A DNA stretch of 64,000 nt from Magallana gigas (lineage: Eukaryota), in contig NC_088858.1 of NCBI RefSeq assembly GCF_963853765.1, positions 20,894,001-20,958,000 of the forward strand. Direction: 5' to 3'. The notes under the pieces are model-generated. The model searched no databases. It saw nothing but the letters and a program-made list of their open reading frames with translations, and had not been told where the DNA came from. The translations under genes and the position numbers were made by a program. Shown piece by piece: positions 45,230-58,030 of this stretch (its first letter is position 1; every line of letters starts with the position of its first letter).

Positions 45230-45950
45230 CATAGTTATTCATTGACCCTTGCGTCGGTGAATTTATATATCCTAGCATCAGTGGATACTAATGATGTTCA
45301 TAGGTACTGTGATCTACATGTATATAGCCTTGCGCCAGTGGACATGTTCATAGATATTTATATAGTTTTGCGTCACTGGATATGTTCAAAAGGTATCTAA
45401 ATATAGCCCTGCGTCAGTGGATATGTTCCTAGGTATCTTTATAAAGTCTTATGTCATGCATTGGACATGTTCACAGGTATCTATATATTTATTGCCTTGC
45501 GTCAGTGGATATGTTCATAGGTATCTAAATATAGCCTTGCGTCAGTGGATATGTTCATAGGTATCTAAATATAGCCTTGCGTCAGGGGATATGTTTATAG
45601 GTATCTATATAGTCTTGCGTCAGGGGATATGTTTATAGGTATCTATATAGTCTTGCGCCAGTGGATATGTTAATAGAGATCTATATAGTTTTGCGTCAGT
45701 GGATATGTTCATAGATATCTATATAGTTTTGCGTCAGTGGATATGTTCAAAGATATCTATATAGTTTTAAGTCAGTGGATATGTTCATAGGTATCTATAT
45801 ATAGCCTTGCGTCAGTGGATATGTTCATAGGTATCTATATAGCCTTGCGTCAGTAGATATGTTCATAGGTATCTATATAGCCTTGCGTCAGTGGATATGT
45901 TCATAGGTATCTATATATAGCTTTACGTCAGTGGGATATGTTCATAGGTA
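45230..45950. repeat. Minisatellite, 38-40-bp unit (ATATAGCCTTGCGTCAGTGGATATGTTCATAGGTATCT)
   Basis: TTGCGTCAG recurs at 45498, 45538, 45578 and 45616, among others. About 17-19 units with no unique spacers. Confidence 0.92.
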
Positions 45951-46189
45951 TAATTTACCTTTAACGTGTTTTTTGTAATCCACAGCGCTCTAGATACTGG
46001 GCTGAAACGTTATCCAGTTCTAGATAACCAGTTTATCGATTGATGAAGAAAAATCACGGACTGCACGAAATAATCAAGATGATGTCACTCATATTCCCAT
46101 TTAAGACGACATGGCTATTTCATTTAATTATCTAACGTGTTGAATCTCAAAACGATTTGGCGAGACTAATAATTTATAACTTATAAAAG

Positions 46190-46279
46190 GGACACTCAAA
46201 TCCCCCCAAAAGCTGTTTTAAAAAAACTATCTTTTAATATTTTTCATAATAATTTTCACGAGATAAAAGGGACACTCAC

Positions 46280-46311
<32 letters not shown>

Positions 46312-46700
46312 AACAAAAAACAAAAACAAAACAAAACCAAAAAACTGTTAAAAACTTTTTAAATATTTTTCATAATAATTTTTCACGAGACAATAGGTCG
46401 TTTTCACGAGATTATATTGTGCGCAAGAGATTGTTGTTTTTCACGAAAAAGTATGTCGTATTCACGAGATAAGTTTTGCGCAAGAGATAATGTATTAATT
46501 CAAGAGATAGAAAGTCGTTTTAAAAAAATTATAAGTTTTGCGCAAGAAATGATGTTGTTTTCATGATACAATATGTCATTTTCATGAGATATTAAGTTTT
46601 GCGGAAGAAATTCACTAATTAATCAGGTGTGCGCAAGAGATTATGTCGTTTTCACGATACTAAGTCATCTTTCACGAGATAATACATATCTCATTTTTAT
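46190..46700. repeat. Degenerate repeat rich in TTTTCACGAGATA / GCGCAAGAGA motifs, with a local direct duplication
   Basis: ATAAAAGGGACACTCA occurs twice, plus many TTCACGAGAT-like motifs. Confidence 0.6.
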
Positions 46701-48461
46701 GTGATTATCCCCCCTTTTGGGATTGTATCGTACAAACCATGGAAATTCTATAAACAACAAATATTTACATGTACACCAACAGAAAAATTTCGTTAGAAAT
46801 CTGATTGTGTTGATACAGCTAAGACAGCCTAATCACGGTCTGATCTGACAAGTTTTAACTTCAAACTAATTTTTATAAAAATAGCAGTGTTTAGGTTGAA
46901 AACATTTAAACAACATATATTTAAATACACATAATAAATAATGCTTATATTAATAAATGTCATTTTATACTTCTGAAATTGAATATGCATGGATTAGTTC
47001 GCCATCAATCAAATCCTTAGATAAACTGAGCGCACGAACTGCAAGAAATAACGATAGACTTCCAAATAGTTGTAAAAAACTTTCCATATATATGTAAGAA
47101 TAGGCTTTTCCTTCTGTGTAACATACTGATTGACAATACCGATAATTTACTTTAACTCACGTGAGGAATGGATAATGGAAGAAATATCATTAGATTAATT
47201 AAAAAAATTCAAACTGCTTTCCTAGGTAACTTGGTTATGAAGGTAGCAATCATTTCAAAGAAAGAAAAAATAACCCGCTTAATTCATTTTCTCAATACGT
47301 GAGCTACCTTACTACCCACATGAACAATCAAAGAAAGCATTCATATTTTGAATGCACCATGAAATAAACATGGCCCCACATACACTGGACAACCTTTTCA
47401 ATACTTTCATAAGTAAATTTATCCTCAAGAAATCTGACAGTTATTTTTAAAAAATTTTTTTTTTTACATCTTTCCTCTATCAATATTGCTAACATCAATT
47501 TGACAATAACACACGTGTATATATTAAAGCCCATCAAACAGGACTCGCTCAATCTGAAATAAAAATGAAGGACAGAAATGTTGTTGCAGGAAAAAAATTC
47601 CAACTATTTAATGGGAATTTTAAATATTATTCAAGAAAATTTGTGACATACTGTTGTGATGGCCAGGTAAATTTCTATAAATCTACACTTGTGTATAAAC
47701 CGTACCCTGAAATTATGCTGTAAAAATTAACTTCATAAACAGAAAAGTTGTTCTTGTAATTTATCAAAATACCAGACGAGTGCTATTTTGCTTCTGAACA
47801 CCTGAAACGTTCTGTATCAAATCAAGATATCATGAATATTCAAAGAACAATTATAACTGAATGATCTTTATAAAATGGTAATGGTTTGTTCTTACATAAA
47901 ATACAACTATAAGACATAACATTACAACATACGTACATGATTTACTGATAAATTAGATACACAACACTTTCTAAGTAACAGTTTATAAAGTGTTAGCAAT
48001 TGAAGCTTAATTTATCATTCCAAACAGTATAACGATAAAATTACACGAGGATTCATAAAATAACTGCAATTTTCACATACCATAAACTCTATATCATTTA
48101 ATTGCTTAAAACAGAAATGTTTTGGAAATCAAAGAAAACTAATAATTCATGAGAATGATGCAACAAAAACTATCGTTGGTTGTTCCATTGCTCTTCATAG
48201 CATACATTTGCTGACCATGGGCCACATTATCAGTAACTGAATTGTTTTTGATTTCATTCAGACTAATTTCATAAAAACAGGCTAATTTTTGGTGAGGTTT
48301 CCTCCAAGAAAGTGTGAAGAAGCCAATCAGCATAAGGAATAAATTATTCAAGACAACCAGGAAAGTGATTAAGTTGGTCAAACGAGTTTAAGTATAAGCT
48401 AGACAAGTCCTTGGTTTTGGATGATGCAGTTGTTCATAGTTAAGAATTCGTGTTTAGATGT

Positions 48462-51400
48462 TCACATCACATTGTTCGCAGGTGGTGTGGTGTTCAAGTG
48501 AAACGGACAAGGTCCCTCAGTCCACTGTAAGAGAAGGGTGCGAAAATTCATAAAATATTCAAGAACTTTTGACCAAAATAATCAACAGAAAAACAACTAG
48601 GGCATCCACAGTTGTGCATGGATACCAATTTTGACAGTGTGACCTTACTAAGAATGAGTCCATGGTTAGACTCCAAAGTACAAGTCGAAATATTGAAATA
48701 CATGTAAGAGTGTGTGTAGACTTACATGTGCAAGTCCTTGTTTTGACTTACATGTATAGTCCATGTTTTGACTTACAAGTCAATGTGTTGGCTTACATGT
48801 ATAGTCCATGTTTGACTTACAAGTCCATGTGTTGGCTTACATGTATGAGAAGATGTTTTGACTTACATGTACAAGTTAATGTGTTGACTTACATGTTAAG
48901 ACTCACATGTACGAGTCTATATTTTAGCTTACAAGTATGAGTCCATGTTTTGACTAACAAGTATGAGTCTGTGTTTACACTTACAAGTTTGATTCCATAC
49001 TTTAATTAACAAGTATGAAACCATGTATAACCTTGCAAGTCAAAACATGGACTCAAACTAATACGAGTCCATGTTTTGATTTTCAAGTACAAGTCAATGT
49101 TCAGACTTACATGTATGAGTCAATGTTCAGACTTACAAGTTTGAGTCAATGTTTCAATGAACAAGTATGAGTCCATGTTCAGACTTACATGAATGAGTCC
49201 GTGTTCTGGAAGCTGTGAGGACTGGAGGAGATCTTTCAGCAGGGACTGTGTGAACGTGTTGTGCATCCTGTAGCCTTCCTGTTCATTGGCTGTGTCACCA
49301 CACAGGCCATACAGATCTACAGGACAAAAAGTCATTTTATATACAGTCAAACCTCATTATCTCGAACTAGATGGGACTGGTTAAAAACTTTGAGATATCC
49401 GAGTATTTGAGATATCAAGGGTAAAATACTTAAAGTTTAAGTGTTTGGGACTCAAAATCACTTCGACATATCCATTGTATTCGAAATATCGCTGTTCAAG
49501 ACACCGAATTTCAACTGTACCATTACATGTACACTATTGACATTGAAGATTCATTGTTGTCCTCACATTGAAATATTTGTTATTTATCACTCTTTTCAAA
49601 GCACTTTGGAAATTGAGATTCGGGTACCATAGAATTTATAGATGCAAACCCCATAAAATAATACTATACCTTTAAGGAGGGAAGATGCCCACAATTGAAC
49701 ATGGACATCTGATATTTTTCCTGCCAACTGCATAGCGGGCGTGACCATATTCAATGCCTCCTGTAATTGAACATAAAAGAAGTCAGATGGATACAATATC
49801 TATATACCGGTACATGTACATGTATGTAGTACAGAATGAGAGATACAAACTGTAAACAAAGAATGGTGTCATTTTTTTTACCCTCCGATAAATGGCCAGT
49901 ACATGCATAGAAGTTTAATGCAACACAATCTAATTAAAATTAGAACTTCCATCCGCTCCCCAGTTTTCTATATATCGCGCGACATATAGAAAACCGGGGA
50001 GCGGATGGAAGTTCTAATTTTAATTAGATTGTATGCAACAATTCATTTTTTGAGCATAAAGTCATTAACATCATGTACAGTCATCTTTAATGTAATAGCT
50101 GTTTTGTGATGATAAAAATTCAGATTCCATACATAGTTTTGGTCAAGAATTTCACTGAAATTCTGCAAGCATTAATTTTAATGCTTGGTTTACAAAAGTG
50201 TACACTAATGCATTGATTTACTCTGTTAGTACTCACTGCATTGTTTCCCAGGGATAAAAAGATATGTCCAAGGAGCACCAGAGAACAGGATGTCAATCTG
50301 TTTAGGTCCTCTGAGTTAGCCATCTTTAATGTTTCTCTAAGGTATCTCCTAAAATAAATCCAGACATTTGTTCTCTTGTACCATTCACCGTTTAAACACT
50401 GATAATTATATTATATACATTTATGAACACACAAAGTTTGTAGATTGTTCCCTTTGAAATTGATTACTTCTGGCTTGAATTTGAAATAAAGAAAACAAAT
50501 TGCATTGTACAAATTAAAAAGTAACATATAACTAAGAATGAACAAATTCTCCATAAAAAAATAATCTCAATGCTTTTGTCAGAATTACATGTAGTTTGTT
50601 TTTGCTGTACACAAACCAGCAAGTAAAATATTTGAAACAAATCTCAAGCTACACTTACTTAGCTTCATTGTATCGAGCCTGGAAAAATGTCTGTAAGCCT
50701 CTGACATAAAATGCAGACGCTTGTAAACTTTGAGGGCTGAAAAATAAGTAAATACAAGTATTAGGATGGAGATTTAAATTAAAATGGTTAATGTAATGCA
50801 GTTCTTAATCTTTCCTATATATTGTTCATTAGCTGCTTACTTTATTTGATATTTGCATCCATATACCCATATTTTTTTTTATTTATTTGCATCTACCGCC
50901 GGTATATACACATTTTTTTTTTAAATGTTAAAAACTTTAAATGCGCCATTTGTACATGAATTTTGCATAAAGTTTTGAATTCACAAAGCTGCATTTTATA
51001 TTGCTTCACATCCTGGCTATGTAACTAGTTTGTGTTTTATATCTATGAAGAGTTTTCTGTTTGAGGGAAATGCCATTACAAAATGGAGTTTCAACGTAAG
51101 TCACATAGGATTACCATGATTGACATTTCTCTGGATCCACTTTATCCATAATAGTCATGAACTCTGGGAAACGGTTTGTCCGGAGATACACAATGGCCAA
51201 GTTCAGGTTCACAAACATCTCCAGCTCTGTGCCCTGTGAACTCTGTAAAAGAAGGATTATTCATTGAACATATGCATAATGCTAGTCAAGAAAGAAAGCA
51301 AGTCAGGTCATATGCAAATCACAGGATGATGTCAAGAACTACCATATATTTGAATACCTACAACACTCTTGCTCTATATTCCTTACAACAGCCAAATGCA

Positions 51401-54400
51401 TTCATTACTTGATAAATGCTATTGCTCCCAAAAAATTTTTAAAATATGCAATATACCGGTAAGTGGTATATATTAACATTCCCCAATGTTTCAAGCATGA
51501 TTAACTATGATTGTTCGGCTGATTTATTTATATCACGATATTCTATAAACGTATATCACTCTCCTATGTTAAATAAAAATGTTTATGGTTAAAGGGAGGT
51601 AACTTAGATTTTCATTTTGACGTAACACCTGCTACTCATTATTTCAGATGGAACGTCAAGATTTATATGATGTAATATTCATTTGACATTTAATAGTAAT
51701 AAATCGAACGGGCAATTTCATTTGAAATTTTAAAATAAAAATATACTTCTAATATAGAAATAAATTTCAATCAATGATATTGATATTTCATTAATTTTAG
51801 CGTAAACATAATGAAATGAGGATAACAGTAAGGTTGAGCCATCTCTGAAACCATATTTTTAAAAAAAAAATCTTTCATGAAAAAGGGCTTAGAATATTGT
51901 TTGAATATTCATGTATAAGCAAAAGTATGTTAGTCACTTTACTTCTAAAAAAATTGATTCTGTATCATGTAAACCCATAAATAACCTTTCTGGTACCCCT
52001 GATTGCCTAACTTACCTTAATCGCTGTAATAAATTGCAGTTCTGCTGCCTCCATACAATTCATTGACATTGCATATAGCCCCTGGAAAAACGATAACCAC
52101 ATATATCAAGTACATGTAATGGTAAATTGAAATTAGCTCTCAAATCCCAAATAAACTTTAACATGCAGTAAGGAAGAGGTATGGAAATTATTAAGGATGA
52201 TCCAAAGATGATATCAATGGAAACTCTAAAATCTAGGATCAATTCTCTCAACATGTACATGTGTACATGTATTACAAGAGGTATGGAACTTTAGAGTTAT
52301 AAAGAGATAATATAATTCAAGTCCTTCTCTTGATTGTAAAACTGCAACAACAAAAAACTTTCGAAACTTGGAAAAATTATTAAACATGAATGAACATACA
52401 TAAACTCTTTGACCACAAACACCTTCAAAATATTCTTATCAATATTTTGTAAAAAGAGAATCCAGGGAAAACAGGACGTCACAAAGTTCGTGAACATATG
52501 ACGCAAAAAAAATTATAAAACTTTTGTTCAAGGACTCATTTCAAATGGTTAAAGTATACGCCAAATGCGTATGACAAAGTCACTTTTTTTAGGATCAATA
52601 TAATTCTTTTATTTACTTACTAATAGTGTATGAATTTGTGCCCCATGAGTAGTGAAAAGTCGTGGTTGCTGTTGGCAAACTGAACAAGCTTGGAAAATCT
52701 ACAACAAATAAAGCTAGAATTGAATTACATAATTTACTGCCATCTGAAAGGGGGGTATAACTCAATGATTTTATTTCAAGTAAAACAAGTCAATCTGAGT
52801 TATTCCCCCTTTAAAATCTTGAAATAAAAGAAATGCTTGCCACACCACATTGAACAATTAACTAAATTAAATTTTTTTGTCTTACGGTCACCAAATACTT
52901 CTTCATGATCACAAAAAATCCCCTTAATCTTGTGAATCATACTGTAAATTCCTTAAATTATGCGAGTACTTAATTCCACGATTCTGCTGTTTTGTATCAA
53001 AATCGCAAATGCGGAACTTTTATCCTAATTTCTCATAGTTTTCAACTCTCAAAAAATAATGGCGAGATTTTGAAATTCGCGAGGGGTGCTCCTCGCGATT
53101 TTACGCGGATATTAATTCCTTGTGTTTAATTAGGAATCTACAGTAATTAAATACACGTTCAGTCAAGTAGAAGTCGGAAAGTACATTGCATGATGAAATG
53201 ACGGTTGTATGTTTTACATGTGATCAGTATATGTACACATATAAATATAAAATAAGTTCTGTTTACAAATACTTGTAAATGAAGCAGTTATCACATTGTC
53301 TGTTCATTTTTAAAATTTTAAAAGATTTTGTAACATTTTCGTTTTTGAAAAATTTACAGAAATGCTAACAACTAGAATACACTCATAGACATGTTTTATA
53401 CTATATTTTTACATGTACATTGTATAAGTATAGTAACAAGTTGATATTTTGAGTCTTTGTTCGTACCTCCTGAATGGCCAGTGTTTTGTTGCCCATGATC
53501 AGTCGACACATGATGATGTGTTCCAGCAACATGAGTTGGAAGGCTGACAGGAGAGGGTGGGAGTCCAGCACTGAAAGAAGGACAATCTGCTGAATGTACG
53601 TATGTAGCAGTTTATCAACATTGGTCAGTGATTCAGTACAAGTATACATATCAAAATCACAATATCAGTATGAAAATCAACATCAAAATCAGTATGTGCA
53701 TCAGTGTCAGTACTTGTGTCAATACTAATACACATGTCAGTACATGTATCGTTACATTTTTTAATACATGTGTATTTAGTAGAACTGCTCTGTTAAATTC
53801 TGTACACCTTTATAATTGTTGAACTTGAGTTTTCTTCAACTTTTCCATCTAACATACTACAACCTAATATACTATTATCATTCAGGCCACACAAATATAA
53901 TTTCTTGCTCATTGGACCCGGAGCACTTGTATTTAAATAAAACTATACAAATAATATTATTATCAATTTCCCGCATGTAGGAAATTCTGAGCTGTTTTCT
54001 GTTCTATTTCCGCTCCATTTTTCATATTTTAAATAGTTTTAATTTATAAATCAGAAACAAGTAGAAACAATATAACCATCTGCACAAATTTATTCATTTA
54101 CGACCTAACAATTTTGCCTACGAGAAAAATTAATTTTATTATTTAATCGCTTGCCCGCTCGTACTATTTTTCTTTTGATGTCTGATGAATGAGAAAATAT
54201 ATTGGTGTGGCCTTACTTGTCCTTTTATTTCATTAGGTGTATATTCGTTTGCTACCTCCAGAATTGGACCTGAATATCTCCAGCAGATCTCCATTGTCTA
54301 CATTCTATTTGGAAAGTAGACAATGGAGATCTACCAGAGATCTACCGGAGATCTCCATACTGCAAACGAGCAAATAAGGATTACTCTTGCAGCCTTCACT

Positions 54401-57400
54401 CCAATCGACCAAACGAATACACCCATGGATTTTAAAAACAATATCTTACTAGAAATACAAGCAAACTAGTCACAGAACTAAACAAATGTTCAACACAAAG
54501 TCTTGTCAACAAATCTTGCAAATACAGTAAAACTTGTTTGGTACAAACAAGGATATAGTGAAATCTCAGATATAGCAATGTTTTGTGGAGTCTCCAGCAA
54601 AATTCTTCACAAATCCTTGCAAACATTTAGGTTGTTAAAAAAAAAGAGCTGGCTTACTTTTTAACTTCTCTATCTGCATGAGGGCTTTGTCTGTGTATTT
54701 CTGAGCTTTGTCCATGTGTCCTGCCTGCATTGAGTGCATCACGGTAACCTGTCAAAGAAATCAAAAGTTTGTTTTCTTTCCTAAAATTCACTTCCTTTTG
54801 TCATGACTTAGTGTCAACATAAAAAAAACTGTTTAAAATAAAAAAGATTTGTATTTTTTTTCATCCCGACATAAAATGGACCTTTAGCATTACTTGATAG
54901 ATTGAATTGTAACATGATTTTTCATACCAGATACACTAAAATGCACATATGCTCAATGGGCAGCCACTGAAACAAATCCAGTTCATTTGCTGGGACAGGT
55001 TCTGAAATACAGAAACATTTGTGTTCATTTTATTTTTCTTTGTAAAAAGAGTCACGCATCCTTGTTAACTCTCTGAGGAACATATGCATGAAAATATACG
55101 GTACATGTAAAATTTAGAGCCACAACTGTTTTTAGACAAACCATGGGTGTCTACTCATGGACCTATACACAAACAGATTTCTGTTCTCAATAAAGGACTG
55201 AATATTCACCATAAAGAACAAGTCTTTCATGTTGTCTTTAACACTTACCTTCATCAGTATGAAGCTGTGTGATAGTCTGAATGATCTGCTGTAGATTCTT
55301 AAGGACTGGCTTTACTGTTTTAACCTGAGGTAATGAATCTTCAATGTGTTAATGTATGCATCAAATTCAGTCCACATTGTGAATAATTGTATAGGAACCT
55401 TAAATGTCAAGAGACTATAGCTGAAAGAGCTTATTTTTTAATGTTTGTTTTGATAAAAAAAAACAATGGGCTTTTGGAGAATTTACAAAAAACAAATAAT
55501 CATTGAATAATCATTGTAATTCTAAAATATCTTGTTTGATAATATACAAACCTGACCAGCCATAAGGTAATGGCAGACTTGTAGAACAAAGAAGAAGACT
55601 TTGAGGGAATCCTTCTGTAGGGGTGTGCCATTATAGGTCTCTATCAACTGGCCGGCCGCACTCAGTGTTTCATGGACTTCGGTGGTTTTCTTCGCTATTA
55701 GCAGCAACTGTATATAGAAACAAGTCACTTATTAATAAATAGACCTCAGGGTGCGTGTCCAATTGTTGATTTTCTGTGAGATTGAGATAGATGTTCTCAA
55801 AAAAAATACATCTCCCTTTTAGAAATAGTCAGTTCAAAAGAAATTTCTTACTAAATTTGCTGAGTTAGACAAAATAAAGTCTGTTATTTTTTTAATATTT
55901 TAGGCAAATAATATATGTTATATCGTAGACTCCTTGTTACCCACCATTCCCTTGCTCAGGATGAAGAGTAGCCTTGTGTACTCGGAATGAGCCGATCCAG
56001 CAAAATCCGCCCCCACCTGAAGGTAATGACATGCTGAGGTGTGATCTCTTTGGATTGCATAGATTTGCTGAGAAAAAAAAACAAACCCCACAAATATCCT
56101 TAATTATTAGTGATTTCATGTAATGCACCATTAATCAAGTCTATAAAACTGGTTCTATACTTTACACTTTAAAACTATGTAAATATCTATCATCCATAAT
56201 ATTTGGTTACATTACAAATAAAATAAACATCCACTGAAAAGCACAAGGTCAGTTTATTTGTCTTTTATGGGATATGTTTCTGGTCGATCACTTAATATAC
56301 TTGTGTATATAGGGCCTATTTCTTACTGCTAGTTGGAAGATGAGCCTGCAATGCCAGTATGCTGATTGTTGAGAAACTTCTATTGCTTTCTGCAGGACTG
56401 GTTTTGCTTCTTCAAAGCGGAACTGAATTAAAATTACAGCAATGATAAATTGAAAAAAAAAATTTTGATCATGATTTTAAAACTTAATAGCCATTTCAAT
56501 GCTTTAAGCTTCCTGAAAATGTGTAGCATATTTCATTATATATCACATTCTTATATATACTCCATAATTATGTACATATTGATTCAGAACTTTACTTTAA
56601 CATAACAAATGTTTTTAATTAGCTTAATAACATACTTAACTGATAAAAATTAAAAACTTGTTTTAAGTACGGTATTTCTAACATTTTTTGAAAATATAAA
56701 TGCACTGATATTTATATGCAATTTTCAGATAGATATCATACATAATGACACTTACATCTTTTTCATACACAGTGGCCAGTTCACTCGCTGATTCAAACCT
56801 CACTGAGTCCACCTCTTCTGAAGGGGGCAACTGAATTTCATTAAGGCATGCTAACTACCAATACTTTGGATAAAAAAAACCCATTTTTCTTTGTAACAAT
56901 GCTAGTATTTCTGGATTTTTTATTTTCCAGTTTGTGTAAAAATCTCATAAAGCCTTTAGTAAAGTTTACATTTATTAGTACTAAAACAGATACAATCATT
57001 TACTCTGTATTACTTAATTTAGGAACATGGATAGCAGTTTTTTTGTCTACTCCACTCCCCACAAGTGAGAAGTGGTGCTATTAATCAGAAAAGATCGAGA
57101 TATTTGATGTACTGGTCACATGTACACAAGGTATGTTCAGACAGGTGTAATCTACCACTTTAGACATTATTATCCATTTTCTGGTGTGTATTTTCCTAAA
57201 GAAAGGATACTCCAATTGATATTGTCCACTGAAATAGAAGAAAAGTTCAGATTTAATGAAATGTTGCGTTTAATATTAACTTTTCAAAAATCTATGGTGC
57301 ATTGTAATGTTTCCTGAAATACAAAAAACAAAGATCACCTTCATGATTCCGGATTTCCCACTTACTGATTAAAATATTTTTGTTCCAAGAGTATTGCATT

Positions 57401-58030
57401 CAAATTTGACACCGAAGCAAAATTAAACAAACGGGTATAACACACAAGCTAAGAAACACATATCACAAATTGCAAGCTGATCGATGAGGCTTCATAAGTT
57501 AACATTACTTGCCAGAATTTATACGAGACTGCATGTTTCTAGCAAGTTGAAAAAATTCTCTCAATCAGTTTTATTACTGAACAATTTCATACAAAGATGG
57601 AACAAAACAGTGTTTGCAATGAACAGCTGAAAACATTCAGTTTTGAACCAAGTTCAGTGTCAGAAGTTCAATCTATGTGTTTATCGGTCCCCTAACTTCA
57701 AACAATTAATTCAAATTAAAAGGACAAAAATCTGGTCCAATTTTAACAATTGAAAAGTTTACAATACATATCTAAGATAATCTAACTCACTGCTTGCTCC
57801 AAATGTCTGGTGGCCAATTCTTTGTTTTTAGTGTGCGCCAAAAGAATATTTCCTAATTGCAGGTGTGTTCGGGAAACGATGAGTGGTGGCGGATTAATGT
57901 TGAAGATTGACTGCAGGCAGTGGATGCAGAGTCTTATATTAGGTGGATTAGACACTCTAAAATTCTCTGCTAAGCCCAGAAGTGAAATATACAAAGCGTC
58001 GTTCTTGCTAGACCCACTCATGGCGGCCAT
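48462..58030 (-). CDS. MAU2: MAU2 chromatid cohesion factor homolog (Scc4, cohesin loader subunit), 598 aa, 18 coding exons
   Basis: Exons 5'->3': 57791-58030, 57211-57228, 56756-56830, 56327-56422, 55945-56067, 55552-55707, 55249-55324, 54928-55001, 54658-54748, 53467-53570, 52621-52698, 52016-52081, 51115-51242, 50659-50736, 50237-50348, 49670-49760, 49189-49316, 48462-48524 (1797 nt, phases consistent). Motifs: [79 protein letters not shown]. Confidence 0.96.
48680..49200 (-). repeat. Minisatellite (about 20-26-bp unit) in the last MAU2 intron, derived from the exon 17 / intron junction
   Basis: The minus-strand unit GGACTCATACAT-GTAAGTCTGAACAT matches the exon end GGACTCATTCAT|gtaagtctgaacat. 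One inverted unit lies near 49038-49062. Confidence 0.88.
49342..49519. mobile_element. Tc1/pogo-like TA MITE in a MAU2 intron
   Basis: TA|CAGTCAAACCTC..ATCTCGAACTAGATGGG ... GAATTTCAACTG|TA. Confidence 0.8.
49926..50031. mobile_element. 106-bp spacerless palindromic MITE with a 9-bp TSD (one mismatch)
   Basis: CAATCTAATTAAAATTAGAACTTCCATCCGCTCCCCAGTTTTCTATATATCGC / GCGACATATAGAAAACCGGGGAGCGGATGGAAGTTCTAATTTTAATTAGATTG. Flanks are AATGCAACA and TATGCAACA. Confidence 0.85.
52940..53145. mobile_element. TA-flanked TACTGT..ACAGTA MITE
   Basis: TACTGTAAATTCCTTAAATTATGCGAG / TGTTTAATTAGGAATCTACAGTA. Confidence 0.7.
54236..54424. mobile_element. Harbinger-like MITE with an internal 17-bp hairpin
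   Basis: GGTGTATATTCGTTTG / CAAACGAATACACCC ends; internal AGATCTCCATTGTCTAC / GTAGACAATGGAGATCT. Confidence 0.6.
56831..57210 (-). other. MAU2: U12-type (minor spliceosome) GT-AG intron of MAU2
   Basis: 5' site GTATCCTTT. Branch-site-like CCTTAAT has its adenosines about 10-11 nt before the AG. There is no polypyrimidine tract. Confidence 0.85.

Noticed and set aside
45230-45950. CRISPR-like array
   Set aside because: Units are contiguous with no unique spacers, the context is eukaryotic, and there are no cas genes.
51108-51114. Second U12 intron in MAU2 (donor GTAATCCT)
   Set aside because: It does not match RTATCCTT, and the acceptor has a normal pyrimidine tract.
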